From Ostreococcus lucimarinus (Eukaryota), in assembly GCA_000092065.1 (NCBI GenBank), contig CP000596.1: a stretch of DNA of 64,000 nt; one strand, given 5' to 3'. Both the position numbers and the translations under genes were made by a program. The notes beneath the pieces are model-generated. The model saw only the letters and a list, made by a program, of their open reading frames with translations. It was not told where the DNA came from and searched no databases. Numbering within the stretch: the stretch's first letter is position 1; each line of letters begins with the position of its first letter. Below, one piece after another: positions 21,401 to 31,018 of the stretch.

Positions 21401-24400
21401 ACCGAGTGCGCATGATGCGTTGAGACCGGATGTTATCCTGCAAATTGGTGCCCGTTTGACGTCCAAGAGGCTATGCCAGTTCCTTGAAGCGAGCGCGATT
21501 GAGAATAATGCTGAGTGGATCGTCGTTGAGCCGACTCCGAACCGAGTGGATCCGGCGCATTGTGTGAGTGTTCGAGTTGAATCGTCCATCGGATACGCTT
21601 TGGAAGTTTTGGAGAGCGCGCTAAGTCACGAGAGCGGTTACGACACGAGTGACTCAAAAACATCATGCATCGCCTTTGCCGAGCGCGCCGTCGCTGTCGG
21701 CGCCGCAGTCGCACGCGAAGCCGCGATGGCCCTCAACGACATCACCGCCAACGAAGGTATGTCCGAGATGGCTGTCGCGATCGCCATCAGCGAGGGTCTA
21801 CCTGATTCTATGGGTTTCTTCTTGGGTAACTCCATGCCCATCCGCGATGTCGACGCATTCAGTGGAATCAAAGAATTCTCCGAAGGTTTAAATTTTGATC
21901 GTGAAGACTGCGCGACGTCGGCGTACGGAATTCCCGTCACGGCGAATCGAGGCGCGAGTGGTATTGACGGTGTGATATCTTCAGCCGCGGGATATGCTGC
22001 AGGCCTTGGACATCCGGTTACACTCATCATCGGCGATGTGTCGTTTCAGCATGATTCCAATGGACTACTGTTCCTTCGCGAGCGTCCCGGTCAACCACCG
22101 GTGACGGTCGTCGTCGTCAATAATGGCGGCGGTGGAATTTTCAATTTTTTACCCGTCGCCTCGCAGGTTGACGATAAGTCGTTCAATCGTTTGTTTGCCA
22201 CACCGCCGGATGTGTCCAGAAGAGGACTGTGCGAGGCTCATCGCGTCGCCTATGCGCATCCAACGTCGGTTAGTGAGTTCGGTGAGGCGCTCAGCGCTGC
22301 GTGGAACGAAAATCGTCACAGCGTCATCGAAGTGACCACGTCCCGCGCTCGAAATTTGATTCAGCACAAGTTAGTGCAGCGGCGATGTGCACGAGCCGCA
22401 CGACAAGCCCTTGAGCTAACGACTACGTCGACGTCAAAGACGATTCAGAGTATTGAAGTGGCTTCGTTCTCACTTCCTCTGAAGAAACCCACTACAGCGA
22501 ATGCGTCATCGACGACACGGGACGGATGGCTTCTGAAGGTCACCCTGAGCGATGGTGTCGTCGGTTACGGTGAGTGTTCTCCTCTGGATGGACTTCATCG
22601 CGAATCGTACGAAGAGAGCGGCGCGCAACTTTCCGTCGTCGCTTCGCTCATGAACAGCATGGAAGTTCCTACGAATGTTGCTCTGCTCAACGGCGCCTTT
22701 GCAGCCTGGATTGAAGATTGCGTCGGCGTGCGCTCGACGAGCGAGTTGTTTCCCACTGTTCGATTTGCGTTGGAGTCAGCAATTGCGAACGCGCTCGCCG
22801 CAAGCGAAGGCAAGACGCTTTCTCGCGTCATGACTGGCGACGAGGTGATGAACTCCGTCTCTGTGAATGGACTCGTTGACGCGACGACTGATGTCGCCGC
22901 TGCGCGCCGCGAAGCGCGCGCGCTCGTGGACGCCGGTTATACCTGTTTAAAAGTCAAAGTGGCTCGGGGTCTTGGTAGTGATGGCGCTCGAGCAGACGCG
23001 GAACGACTCGCTCAGATTCGAGACGAAGTCGGTCCCAGCGTCGCGCTCCGTGCTGATGCGAACAGGCGTTGGGATTTGACGGAAGCGCTCGATTTCGGCG
23101 CGCGAGCGCAAGAACTCAACGTGGGTTTGCAGTACGTCGAAGAACCCACTCGTGCGGCACATGAAGTCGCGGCGTTCCATTTCACCACCGGCATAGCCGT
23201 GGCTTTGGACGAGACCATCGACGACATTCTTTGCGAGTCTTCAAGCTTGGCCGAGGCAAGCGCAGCGATTTCACGCGTTGCGGATCAGTCCACAGGTATC
23301 GTAGCTGTGGTGCTCAAACCATCCGTCATTGGAGGTTTAGAAGCGACGTCTTTAATTGCGCGCATCGCAATGTCTCGAGGTGTCCGGCCCGTGATTTCTA
23401 GCGCGTTCGAAAGTGGCATTGGATTAAACGTCAGCGCTCACCTCGCGGCGACGCTCGACGATGTTTTGGCTCGTGAGATTCAAGCAGCCAGAGACTCTTT
23501 GGTGACGGGCGACGACACCGAGCGTCCGAACACGCTGGATATAAAACCTTTGATTTTGGCTTTAGACGCGCAACCAACATCGCACGGCCTAGGAACGGCG
23601 TCCTGGTTTGACGGCGACGTGATGTTCCCCGAAGTCGTCCCCGTCCGGAAAGGAAGCGACGGGATGTCCATACACTTACTCGAAGATACCGACAAGACTA
23701 AACGTCAGACATCAGTGGTATCCATGTTCCAGGATGTTTCGAAGCGTTGGGGTGAAGATTCCACAATCACGGTTGAAACATCGAATGGAATTTACGAGGT
23801 ACAGTGCGTCGAGCGCACTCCAAGCGGAGGCAACTCGAGCGGCGAAACGATCGTACTATTGCATGGATTCATGGGATCGAGCGAAGATTGGGATATCGTT
23901 GCCCGCGGTCTGACCGTTCGTAATAACGCTCGAGTGATCGCAATCGATTTGCCCGCTCACGGACGAACGACGTGTACGCCGCATCGAGGGAAATCCATGC
24001 GCGATTGCCTGCGCGTGGAAGCCATGCGAGATGTAGTCGCCGCAGCGATGACCAAGCTCGGATGTCCCAACGAATGTACGCACGTTGTCGCTTATAGCAT
24101 GGGTGCACGCATTGCACTTACTCTCGACGAATCAAGTCTGAAGTCTATCGTCTCCATCGGCGGTTCTCCGGGATTGTGCGGGGAAGACGCGCGAGTCGCG
24201 CGGGTCGCTCAGGACGACGACTTAGCCGCCGCTTTACTCAAGGGTGATGATGCGCGTGAGTTCGCCAAAGTTTGGTATCGACGAGGTTTGTTCTCTACTC
24301 TCGTCGCTCATCCACGATTCGGTGGCGTCAATGGGCTCGCCGAACGTCGCGGATCAGTCATTGGGACGAACGCAGAGGCGCTCGCTGCGTGCCTCGCCGC

Positions 24401-24656
24401 CGCCTCACCCGGACGTCAAATCGAGGGTTGGTCGACGCTTTGTCGTCTTCGCGGTAAGCTCACGATGATCGTGGGCGACAAGGATGAAAAGTTCAAATCG
24501 ATATCGCGCAAGATGCAAGACGCCATGAGTGAAGGGGTGGTAGACGCGGCGCCGTGCAAAGTATTTATCGTTCCTCGATGCGGACACGCGGCGCATTTGG
24601 AAGCGCCTGAGTCCGTCGTCGCGCGCGTTCTCGAGGCAATCGACGCGCAGCAGTAG
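18417..24656 (+). CDS. PHYLLO: PHYLLO tetramodular phylloquinone-biosynthesis protein: MenF (isochorismate synthase), MenD (SEPHCHC synthase), MenC (o-succinylbenzoate synthase) and MenH (alpha/beta hydrolase) in one 2079-aa ORF.
   Basis: The N-terminal chorismate-binding domain appears complete (PERLF, GTRARG, HPTPAVCGYP, GLYSGPLGW, AGVGVVGSANAQSEW). A TPP-dependent MenD core follows (WATILIGELVRGGVTTFCIAPGSRSTPL, GDVSFQHD). Then an enolase-superfamily MenC (KVKVARG, LDETI), and an alpha/beta hydrolase module with VLLHGFMGS. The module order matches the plant/algal PHYLLO locus. Confidence 0.9.
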   Translation: MRAEAASHATAREHIVRARPHRARRAPARTAAPSSSRIRSVREPNLDSADREEIASNDALRRARGETSTSNDDESTIASFVASAGARETIDLGARASLAAGWDALARRVRDARRDADRMPACKFDSGCLRFVIDVPRDARALRWVSEVSGKVRSGTPAFYWSPRAKTASGSAVGKGGSASKETAMETTRSDKLDFDAARGSRAGFGSCATWTDAGNEDETSFRRRIASMRRFLSEHKDARAGSRVYGAGRFDPGRAPEEEWASFGTHYFFLPTLEVVEGVKSATLTVSVAWDARGEENCGPSAKSLVQALDDACETLKRSMGVEKSSNKALPPGAAHVVDRALVPDQDGWSKDVSSVISRIRVSRASVSASVRDKEDAWIDLGSSFDESDSPDVRTALESLGRAAGVEAPSAVLDQFEAMTMAMDGGLYKDDSTMEGMVDALLLGGETVDPLRKVVLARRSKLNLNTPVDTFALVSRLQSRDPDAYQFVLRHPNGETFLGSTPERLFLCQGGRAVSEAVAGTRARGADDGEDAALAYDMLLSPKEHEEFAIVREEVRRALGDVADGGNDGVEVELEKGILRNVTVQHLYSRLSAPLASGKTEADLLDALHPTPAVCGYPRKAALDTLRAVESFDRGLYSGPLGWISADGAEFAVAIRSALVHPDGDEVSLYAGVGVVGSANAQSEWHELNLKTKPLESLLAPVTPLASLPNPNAAWATILIGELVRGGVTTFCIAPGSRSTPLALAAEKHVEANVVVCIDERSLGFYALGYAKGAAQPAAVICSSGTAVANLLPSVVEASESSTPLLLLTADRPYELRHTGANQTIDQVKIFGSYARFNADLAPPGDGAPARACATMAATALRYLRGTNPGPVHLNCAFREPLGPQRVDWDSAAALKGLEKWEESSTQFTIGNATAGTMHDGGAWQAALSQIANAKRGLLVVGSGSSAADSIAATAIAKTLGWAVAADATSGIRVGAGEDESVRKIPMIDYVLVEPSAHDALRPDVILQIGARLTSKRLCQFLEASAIENNAEWIVVEPTPNRVDPAHCVSVRVESSIGYALEVLESALSHESGYDTSDSKTSCIAFAERAVAVGAAVAREAAMALNDITANEGMSEMAVAIAISEGLPDSMGFFLGNSMPIRDVDAFSGIKEFSEGLNFDREDCATSAYGIPVTANRGASGIDGVISSAAGYAAGLGHPVTLIIGDVSFQHDSNGLLFLRERPGQPPVTVVVVNNGGGGIFNFLPVASQVDDKSFNRLFATPPDVSRRGLCEAHRVAYAHPTSVSEFGEALSAAWNENRHSVIEVTTSRARNLIQHKLVQRRCARAARQALELTTTSTSKTIQSIEVASFSLPLKKPTTANASSTTRDGWLLKVTLSDGVVGYGECSPLDGLHRESYEESGAQLSVVASLMNSMEVPTNVALLNGAFAAWIEDCVGVRSTSELFPTVRFALESAIANALAASEGKTLSRVMTGDEVMNSVSVNGLVDATTDVAAARREARALVDAGYTCLKVKVARGLGSDGARADAERLAQIRDEVGPSVALRADANRRWDLTEALDFGARAQELNVGLQYVEEPTRAAHEVAAFHFTTGIAVALDETIDDILCESSSLAEASAAISRVADQSTGIVAVVLKPSVIGGLEATSLIARIAMSRGVRPVISSAFESGIGLNVSAHLAATLDDVLAREIQAARDSLVTGDDTERPNTLDIKPLILALDAQPTSHGLGTASWFDGDVMFPEVVPVRKGSDGMSIHLLEDTDKTKRQTSVVSMFQDVSKRWGEDSTITVETSNGIYEVQCVERTPSGGNSSGETIVLLHGFMGSSEDWDIVARGLTVRNNARVIAIDLPAHGRTTCTPHRGKSMRDCLRVEAMRDVVAAAMTKLGCPNECTHVVAYSMGARIALTLDESSLKSIVSIGGSPGLCGEDARVARVAQDDDLAAALLKGDDAREFAKVWYRRGLFSTLVAHPRFGGVNGLAERRGSVIGTNAEALAACLAAASPGRQIEGWSTLCRLRGKLTMIVGDKDEKFKSISRKMQDAMSEGVVDAAPCKVFIVPRCGHAAHLEAPESVVARVLEAIDAQQ

Positions 24657-24746
24657 AAATTAGCTCATAGTTGGGATTTGAATTAAGTGATGACCATTAA
24701 ATCACGGTCGGTAAAGTAATGAATCGACTCGGCGCGCGAGCGATTT

Positions 24747-25470
24747 TTAATCCTTCTTCCCGAACAAGGAGAACGGGTTGAATTTCTTGCCCTCGAGCGG
24801 ATCCTTCATCTTAACAGGGCCCTTGGACATAGACTTCGCGAAGCGGCTCGTGCCGCCCACCGTCTTGTTCAACGCCGCGGTCTTCTTCGCCATCTCCTTG
24901 CGCTTCGCCTCGGCCTTCACCGCCGCCGCCTTCTTCGCTTCAGCCGCCTTCGCCGCCGCCGCCTTGCTCTTCTCCGCGAGCGCCTTGGACTTGGCCTTCG
25001 CGTCCTCGGCCTTCTTGCGCGCGGCTTCTTGGTTCTTCTTCATCATCTCACGGCGGTTGGACGTGTCGATGGTCTTACCAGCCTGTGGTTATCTCGCGAA
25101 TCGTTCGCGTCAGTCAGTCCTCGGCTCGCGCTCGAAAAGATCTTCCCCAGGGTGTCCCGCGCGGGACTGATCTTGACCATATCCAGGGCGCCCGCGTCGC
25201 CGCGCGAGCCCTTCGCGGCGGTCTCGTGCAAATACGCGAGGCGGCACGAAACCTTCGCGCCGTGCGCGCGCGCGTGAGCGACGCTGACACCGCGATCGCG
25301 CGCGCGCGTCGCACGAATTCCGCTCGACGCGTCGAGTGGATAAAGAGCGCGCGAGAGACCAGACGACGCGCGCCGCGCACCTTGACGACGAGACCGCGGC
25401 GCTGCGACTTGGCGGGCTTAGTCGCCGTGAGCGCGCGGGGGGCGGTGATCTTGGACGACAGGGCGAACAT
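24747..25470 (-). CDS. Small Lys/Ala-rich protein with a transit-peptide-like N-terminus, two exons: complement(join(24747..25082,25381..25470)).
   Basis: Exon 1 is MFALSSKITAPRALTATKPAKSQRRGLVVK and ends at a GTGCGC donor. The 298-nt intron has a CTGACTGACG branch 25 nt before CCACAG. Exon 2 AGKTIDTSNRREMMKKNQEAARKKAEDAKAKSK... is K/A-rich and ends KFNPFSLFGKKD. The identity is not recognised; the intron assignment is moderate confidence. Confidence 0.4.
25083..25380 (-). other. Inferred spliceosomal intron of the K/A-rich protein gene (298 nt).
   Basis: GTGCGC donor after codon 30. CTGACTGACG branch, CCACAG acceptor. Confidence 0.45.
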
Positions 25471-25482
25471 AGCGATGACGAG

Positions 25483-25540
25483 GGTGGGAGAGTGCGGCTC
25501 CAGGGACGAGGTGGGAGAGTGCGGCTCCAGGGACGAGATG
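25483..25540. repeat. Tandem duplication of a 27-28 bp unit (GGTGGGAGAGTGCGGCTCCAGGGACGAG x2).
   Basis: Read directly from the sequence. It lies in the short spacer between the CTNNBL1 3' end and the downstream gene's 5' end. Confidence 0.9.
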
Positions 25541-25570
25541 GTTGAGCCATCGGGCTCGAGCGCGTAGATA

Positions 25571-27337
25571 TTAACTTTGCTCGCGTTCGCCGGGGGCGTA
25601 CGGTAAGACGCTGAGAATGGCGCGCACGGTGCCTTCACGCGCAGAATCGCCGGCGGAATCGCCGACGTGATGCGCGTGTTGGCGGAGGATGTCGCGCAAA
25701 TCAGATAACGCGATGGCGTTTTGCGAGGCGTCGAGGTAGAGCCGGCGCATGATCGGCGCGTGGTCGGTTGCCCAGAGGTGGGCGAAGACCAACGTGAGGT
25801 GCTCGAGGGTGGCCAAACCGGCGTCAAGCTTTTGAAGATACTCTTCCTCTTCGGTGAGATCGATGCCGAGATCTTCGTCGACGTTTTCCAGACGCGCTTG
25901 CTCCGCGCTCACGCGTTTGGCGAATTCCACCCAAAGCTCTACGAGTCGGTCACACTTGGCGTAGTCTTGTTCGACGAATTTCGCGCAAAGCCTGTCGCGG
26001 CGATCGGTGTTGTCGACGTGCTTGAACAGCGAGCAGATGACGCTGCTCGAACGCGTTTGTTGCTCGAGCGCGGCTTCGTTACCGAACGTCTTGCGAACCG
26101 CTTTCGCGTTGCGTCCCATAAAGATGGAGAACAAACTCTTCAACCCGAGACCGTCTATGAAGCGATTACACGCGTCTTTGTTCCCGCTCAACACGTAATC
26201 CAAACACTTCAGCGCAGGAAGTGACGCAAAGCTCGTCTTTTTTGCGTCCCCGCGCGTTCCATTAAGCAATATTAACATGAGTTCAACGCCCTCAAACTCG
26301 ACAAATTGCGCCTTGTTCTCGGGAACCATGGCGACGGCGCATATAGCATCAAATAAATTTTCAACGAGCTCCTTTTCGCCGTCGTCCTCGGGCTCACGCT
26401 TCTTATACGCCGATGCCGCTTGTAATAGGCTCTCTAAACCATTCATATCCACGCACTGCTTGCGACATTTCGCGCTGCTTTGTAAAATGATGGCTAAAAT
26501 TTCCGAAGCGTACAGCTTGTTTTGATCGACGTCACGCTTCTTCTCAACGCGTTTCAAAAGCCATTTCAACAGGTCGGTTTCCTCGCAAAACCCTTCTAGC
26601 GCCTTATTACTAGACTCTCCGCTCGCATCATCGACTTGAGTGCCCATGATTTCGCCTAAGTTCTCCACGATGCCCAACACCGACGACACCGCGTTCGACG
26701 TCTCGCTCGACGTCGCCTTTAGTTTACCACTCGCGTCCTCAAACCGTGTCAACGCCGCGTACAGCGCTTGATACCCACCGCTCTCACGCAGTGCAGTCGC
26801 CAGCGCCTTTCCTCCGTTTTCATCGCTCTCTACTGCGTCCGAATCCGTGAGTTCTCTCAAAACCTCCAACGCGTCGGCGACGACGTCCTCATTTTCGTGT
26901 CCCAACACCGCCACCATGCTAGGCACTGCGTTCAACTTCACCAACTCTTCGTACAACTCGGGCGCGCTCGCGAGTGTCCCCAATCGTTTCACTTCGCAAT
27001 CCAGCTCGATCTCGCTCTCTGCGAATTTTCGAGGTTCGTTTCCGTATTTCGCCCGCGCCTTGACGTTCTCCGCGTACGCGCGCTCAAACGCCAACACCAA
27101 CCTTCGCACGTGTTTCGCGTCGATCGCGCCCGCGGAGCCGTCACCATCGTTAGTGACGTCGTCGTTCGTCACTCCGGCGCGCGTTTCGGCCTGCGCGAGC
27201 AAGTCCTCGGCAGTGCGCGACGTCGGTTCACTCGGACGGTCGAAGAATGACTCGTCGAGGATTGGACGCCGCGAAGCGCGCTCGTCCTCTTCTGCGGCTT
27301 CGTCTCCGCCGTGGTCCCGGGAACGCTTGTTCGACAT
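25571..27337 (-). CDS. CTNNBL1: Beta-catenin-like protein 1 (CTNNBL1/NAP, DUF1716), a Prp19-complex-associated splicing factor.
   Basis: Close matches to human CTNNBL1 blocks: KLYASEILAIILQ, LKWLLKRV, FIDGLGLKSLFSIFM, LQKLDAGLATLEHL. Start set at MSNKRSRDH (27337). The ORF extends to 27484. Confidence 0.8.
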   Translation of the reverse strand: MSNKRSRDHGGDEAAEEDERASRRPILDESFFDRPSEPTSRTAEDLLAQAETRAGVTNDDVTNDGDGSAGAIDAKHVRRLVLAFERAYAENVKARAKYGNEPRKFAESEIELDCEVKRLGTLASAPELYEELVKLNAVPSMVAVLGHENEDVVADALEVLRELTDSDAVESDENGGKALATALRESGGYQALYAALTRFEDASGKLKATSSETSNAVSSVLGIVENLGEIMGTQVDDASGESSNKALEGFCEETDLLKWLLKRVEKKRDVDQNKLYASEILAIILQSSAKCRKQCVDMNGLESLLQAASAYKKREPEDDGEKELVENLFDAICAVAMVPENKAQFVEFEGVELMLILLNGTRGDAKKTSFASLPALKCLDYVLSGNKDACNRFIDGLGLKSLFSIFMGRNAKAVRKTFGNEAALEQQTRSSSVICSLFKHVDNTDRRDRLCAKFVEQDYAKCDRLVELWVEFAKRVSAEQARLENVDEDLGIDLTEEEEYLQKLDAGLATLEHLTLVFAHLWATDHAPIMRRLYLDASQNAIALSDLRDILRQHAHHVGDSAGDSAREGTVRAILSVLPYAPGEREQS

Positions 27338-27509
27338 CGTGGGTGTGCCGATTAAAGCGGCGCGAAACGGATCCACGGTCGAGGACGCGCGTCGGGTTCT
27401 GCGGCGGCGGCGGCTCGGGCGCGGGCGCGGGCGCCGGCTACGGCACCGGCAAACGAAATGTTTCAGTGCTGTTTTTGATATCACGATGGTTTAAAAAAAT
27501 GAATGCTAC

Positions 27510-29852
27510 TTAGAATACACGCGAGTGCGCCGTGGCGACGCGAGCGAAAGCTGAGGGCGCGCGAGGAGATTTGCTGAAATTTCGACGCTTGCTGCCTGCG
27601 CCGCCTGGGCGCGGTTTAGGAGCGCGGTTCGGTGCCAAAGACGACGCCGCGCCGTTGGCATCGTTCGTTTTGATGCTGATATCGCTCGTAGATTTCGCGT
27701 CATCTACACGACCAACGCCACGACGCTCGCTACGCCACTTTTGCAGTCGCTCGTCCAACGCGCTTCGAGTCTTGCCGACGGTGTGCTGTCGCGAGTGAGT
27801 TCGTCCTTCGGCGATCTCGCTGTCGAATCGCGCGAACGCGTCGTTATCGCAACCCCAGCGCCGCATAACATCACCGACGTCACCATCAAACTTTCTGAGC
27901 TCGTAAACGCTGCGCTTGTCGAGAATCTCGAATTGAGAGTCAGGGATGGTTTTCGAGCGCCACTCGGTGAGCTCTTCTTCACTCGCGAAGTCGCGCGTGT
28001 CCAAATCCTTAGGGTCGTACACGGCGTGACGCCAAAACAATACAGGGGAAGCCAACGTCCGCAGCATCTCTTCGTCTTCGGTGAGCAGATTGTCCGCGCT
28101 CGCTCGCGCCACCGCCGCTTCGAGCGTGGGCAAGCAAATGGGATCCGTGTGCACGTGTTGCTTGGCGGTGTGCAAGTGATGCAAATGCATGCGATTGAGC
28201 TCCTTCACCTCTTGACGCATTTCATCCATGGACATATACTCTCCAGTGTCGGGGTGAATGATGTATCCTTCGTCGTCAGTGTATCTAGAGTACTTTGAAA
28301 ATTGTGCGTTGGATGGCACTACCTCGGCGAAGCCGGGATCCGCAGCCGTGAGCGAGTTTTGCAACGCGTTCTCCATCGGGGAGACGTGAATGCGATGATT
28401 GATGCACTGCGGACAGTAGTCCAGCGCAAACAGTTCCCGTATGGGCGATCCAGGGTCGACGAGCTGGCGAACATTTTTCGATATCTGCGCCCTACCGCCT
28501 CGGGGAATCACGGCGAGCGAGTACGCCAAGGGCGTGATCGGTCGCAAATTGTAAAAACTCGCCTCCGCGCGCTTGAGATCGCGGAGCGGGTCGCATGAGA
28601 CGTCATACTCGTCACCAATTGACGCAAAATCCATCATATCCGGTCCTTGCGTATACGTGTAAAAGCTAAAGTCGGTACATTCTCCTTGGTAGTACATGTT
28701 GAGCATCCACTCGATGCCGTACAAGTAGTCGTACACGCGCTTCTTCTTGACGTCATTCTGAGCGGGGTTAGAAGAACTTGCCAGCGCATTACTTGCCGAT
28801 TTTGCCGCATACGATGTATCGGCAAGTTTCAAGGACAGTTGCTTTAAGAACGCCCAATTCACCGAAGTTTGAATTCCCGTCGCGCTCTTTTGCTTCTTTT
28901 TATATCCGGCGCCATCCGGCTTTGCTTGTGCGCTTAGCTCTTGATTTGCAGGCATCGGAAAGAGCGGATCATCGCGATAGAGATAAGTACCTCGCATTTC
29001 CAAGTATGCTTTCCAGCTCGTCTTCGCCCCGAGCTTGCTGCCGGTGATGTAATCGTTCCCCATCATCGCCGACAACCCGATGAAGTCGCGTCTGGCGCTG
29101 TCGAGCGACGCACCCTTCGGTAACGATTGCAGCAGCAACTGATCAAACAGCCGCGCGCTGAAAACTACGTTTCCACTCAAAACGTACACCTGAAACTCCT
29201 CGTTTGACGCGTATCGCGTCTTTTGACCTTGCCCGAAGAGCGTCATCGCGAGCAACAACGCGTCGCTGTCCTCCGTCACGATGCAGTGCGAGTGCCCTTG
29301 AAACCGTGGGTTCTGCAATCGCTGTTGAATCGACTTGACGAGTTTAATCTCCCCCTCTCCCGCCACGCGCATACTCGATATCTCGTACAGCACGTTATCA
29401 GCCGGCGAACCCGCGTGATCGCGTCGCAACATCCTCCGCGCCACGTAATACTCCAACGCCCTGTCAATTTTCAGCGCCAACACGCTCCCCGGCGTGATTC
29501 CAATCTTCAACAGCTTGCTCATATCATCGCTCAGCGGCGTCGCCGCCCCCGCACTCAGTCGAATCCTCCGTCGTCTCTGCGTGATCGTCTTCGCCATCGG
29601 TGCCGGTCCATCCAGCGCCAACGTCACGCTGTGCCTCGGGTTCGTCTTCGTCAACCTGTTATCCAGCAGCGTGAACAACTTTTTAAAAAACGACCGCTCG
29701 CTGTTCGTGTTGTGCGCCGCGACGTGCAGAAGATTGTTCACGTCCACGTACACGTGATCGTACCGCTTCGGCCGCCGTTTGTGTCGTCCTCCGCGCAGGA
29801 ACGCGCCGTTGAATTCGCGTTGGAGGTATTTGTTATACCCAGTGATGCCCAT
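27510..29852 (-). CDS. Divergent XRN-family 5'-3' exoribonuclease-like protein.
   Basis: N-terminus MGITGYNKYL (compare XRN MGVPAFYRWL). YVDVNNLLHVAAH corresponds to XRN DMNGIIH. LALDGPAPMAKTITQRRRR matches ALDGVAPRAKMNQQRSRR. The GEGEIKL motif and HCIVTEDSDALLLAM are also present. It is shorter and more divergent than canonical XRN2/3/4. Start at MGITG (29852). Confidence 0.65.
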   Translation of the reverse strand: MGITGYNKYLQREFNGAFLRGGRHKRRPKRYDHVYVDVNNLLHVAAHNTNSERSFFKKLFTLLDNRLTKTNPRHSVTLALDGPAPMAKTITQRRRRIRLSAGAATPLSDDMSKLLKIGITPGSVLALKIDRALEYYVARRMLRRDHAGSPADNVLYEISSMRVAGEGEIKLVKSIQQRLQNPRFQGHSHCIVTEDSDALLLAMTLFGQGQKTRYASNEEFQVYVLSGNVVFSARLFDQLLLQSLPKGASLDSARRDFIGLSAMMGNDYITGSKLGAKTSWKAYLEMRGTYLYRDDPLFPMPANQELSAQAKPDGAGYKKKQKSATGIQTSVNWAFLKQLSLKLADTSYAAKSASNALASSSNPAQNDVKKKRVYDYLYGIEWMLNMYYQGECTDFSFYTYTQGPDMMDFASIGDEYDVSCDPLRDLKRAEASFYNLRPITPLAYSLAVIPRGGRAQISKNVRQLVDPGSPIRELFALDYCPQCINHRIHVSPMENALQNSLTAADPGFAEVVPSNAQFSKYSRYTDDEGYIIHPDTGEYMSMDEMRQEVKELNRMHLHHLHTAKQHVHTDPICLPTLEAAVARASADNLLTEDEEMLRTLASPVLFWRHAVYDPKDLDTRDFASEEELTEWRSKTIPDSQFEILDKRSVYELRKFDGDVGDVMRRWGCDNDAFARFDSEIAEGRTHSRQHTVGKTRSALDERLQKWRSERRGVGRVDDAKSTSDISIKTNDANGAASSLAPNRAPKPRPGGAGSKRRNFSKSPRAPSAFARVATAHSRVF

Positions 29853-30059
29853 GATTCTTCGCAAACGTTCGAGCGCGCGCGCGCGTCCGCGTCGTCGCGC
29901 GTCGACGCGCCGACCCTTCACGCGCGTCGCGTTCGCATGCGATTCGAGAGCCTCCGACGGCGCGCGGCGCGGTGACGCGGCGCGCGCGAGTGTGACGGCC
30001 CGCCTCGGTCTCGGCCCGACGAACGCCTCGGCCCGACAAAACGTCGCGCGGCGCGCGCG

Positions 30060-30923
30060 ATGCGCGCGCGCGCGGACGTCGCGCGCGTCCGCGCGCACCG
30101 CGCGAGCGCGCGAGCGCGGACGACGACGACGGCGACGACGAGGCGGCCGTCGCGCGCGCGCGCGGCGGCGAAAACCTCCGGTGCGGCGACGGCCAAGGCT
30201 GAGCGCCTGGACGCGCTGCTGTCGCGACTCGGGCTGACGTCGCGCGCCGACGCGGCGAGATTCATCGCCGAACGCGTCGTCACGACGGACGGCGCGCGGG
30301 CGACGGAACGCGCGACGAGCGGGAAACTCAAGGCGCGGGCGGCGGACGTGCGCGTCGACGGCGAGACGCTCGAAGACGTCGACGGATTGCTAATCGTGAT
30401 GCACAAGGCGCGAGGGGTGGTGTGCTCGCACGATGTCAGAGAAGGGACGAGCGTGTACGATGCGCTGCCGGAGCGCTGGCGCCGCCGGAAGCCGTCGATC
30501 GAGAGCGTCGGACGGTTGGACAAAGATACGAGCGGGTTGTTGTTGCTCACCGACGACGGCGCGCTCGTACACGCGCTCACGACGCCGAAGAAGGAGATTG
30601 GCAAGTGGTACAGGGTGAAAACTGACAGACCGATACCGCGAGACGCCGTCGAGGTGTTCGCGAGCGGCGAGTTGACGCTCGACGGCGAGACGAGGGCGTG
30701 CAAGCCCGCAGTCTGTGAATTAATGGACGACGAAACAGAAGCGCGCTTACGGTTGACTGAGGGCAAGTTTCATCAGGTGAAGAGAATGTTTGCGTTTTTC
30801 GGGTGCACGGTGATAGGGCTGCATCGAGAATCGTTCGGGTCGCTGACGCTCGAGAGAGCTGGAGTCTCGGAGCCGGGAGACTTCAAGACGCTTCCGTTAG
30901 ATTTCGACTTTAGCGAAGAGTGA
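30060..30923 (+). CDS. RsuA/RluB-family pseudouridine synthase with an S4 domain and an organellar-type presequence.
   Basis: S4-like LDALLSRLGLTSRADAARFI. Catalytic GRLDKDTSGLLLLTDDG. The C-terminal FHQVKRM is typical of RsuA-family enzymes. Confidence 0.75.
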   Translation: MRARADVARVRAHRASARARTTTTATTRRPSRARAAAKTSGAATAKAERLDALLSRLGLTSRADAARFIAERVVTTDGARATERATSGKLKARAADVRVDGETLEDVDGLLIVMHKARGVVCSHDVREGTSVYDALPERWRRRKPSIESVGRLDKDTSGLLLLTDDGALVHALTTPKKEIGKWYRVKTDRPIPRDAVEVFASGELTLDGETRACKPAVCELMDDETEARLRLTEGKFHQVKRMFAFFGCTVIGLHRESFGSLTLERAGVSEPGDFKTLPLDFDFSEE

Positions 30924-31018
30924 TGACGCAAACGATGTTCTCTAGTTCAGATGTGTGTATTGTAAAACCGTGTTGTTAATAGTAGTGTAAAACAGTAGTA
31001 CGACGTATCGGTAACGCC

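Noticed and set aside
25114-25827. 237-aa minus-strand ORF overlapping the CTNNBL1 3' end.
   Set aside because: Only about 30 codons (MFALSSK...LVVK) are used, as exon 1 of the downstream K/A-rich gene. The remainder overlaps CTNNBL1 coding sequence in another frame.
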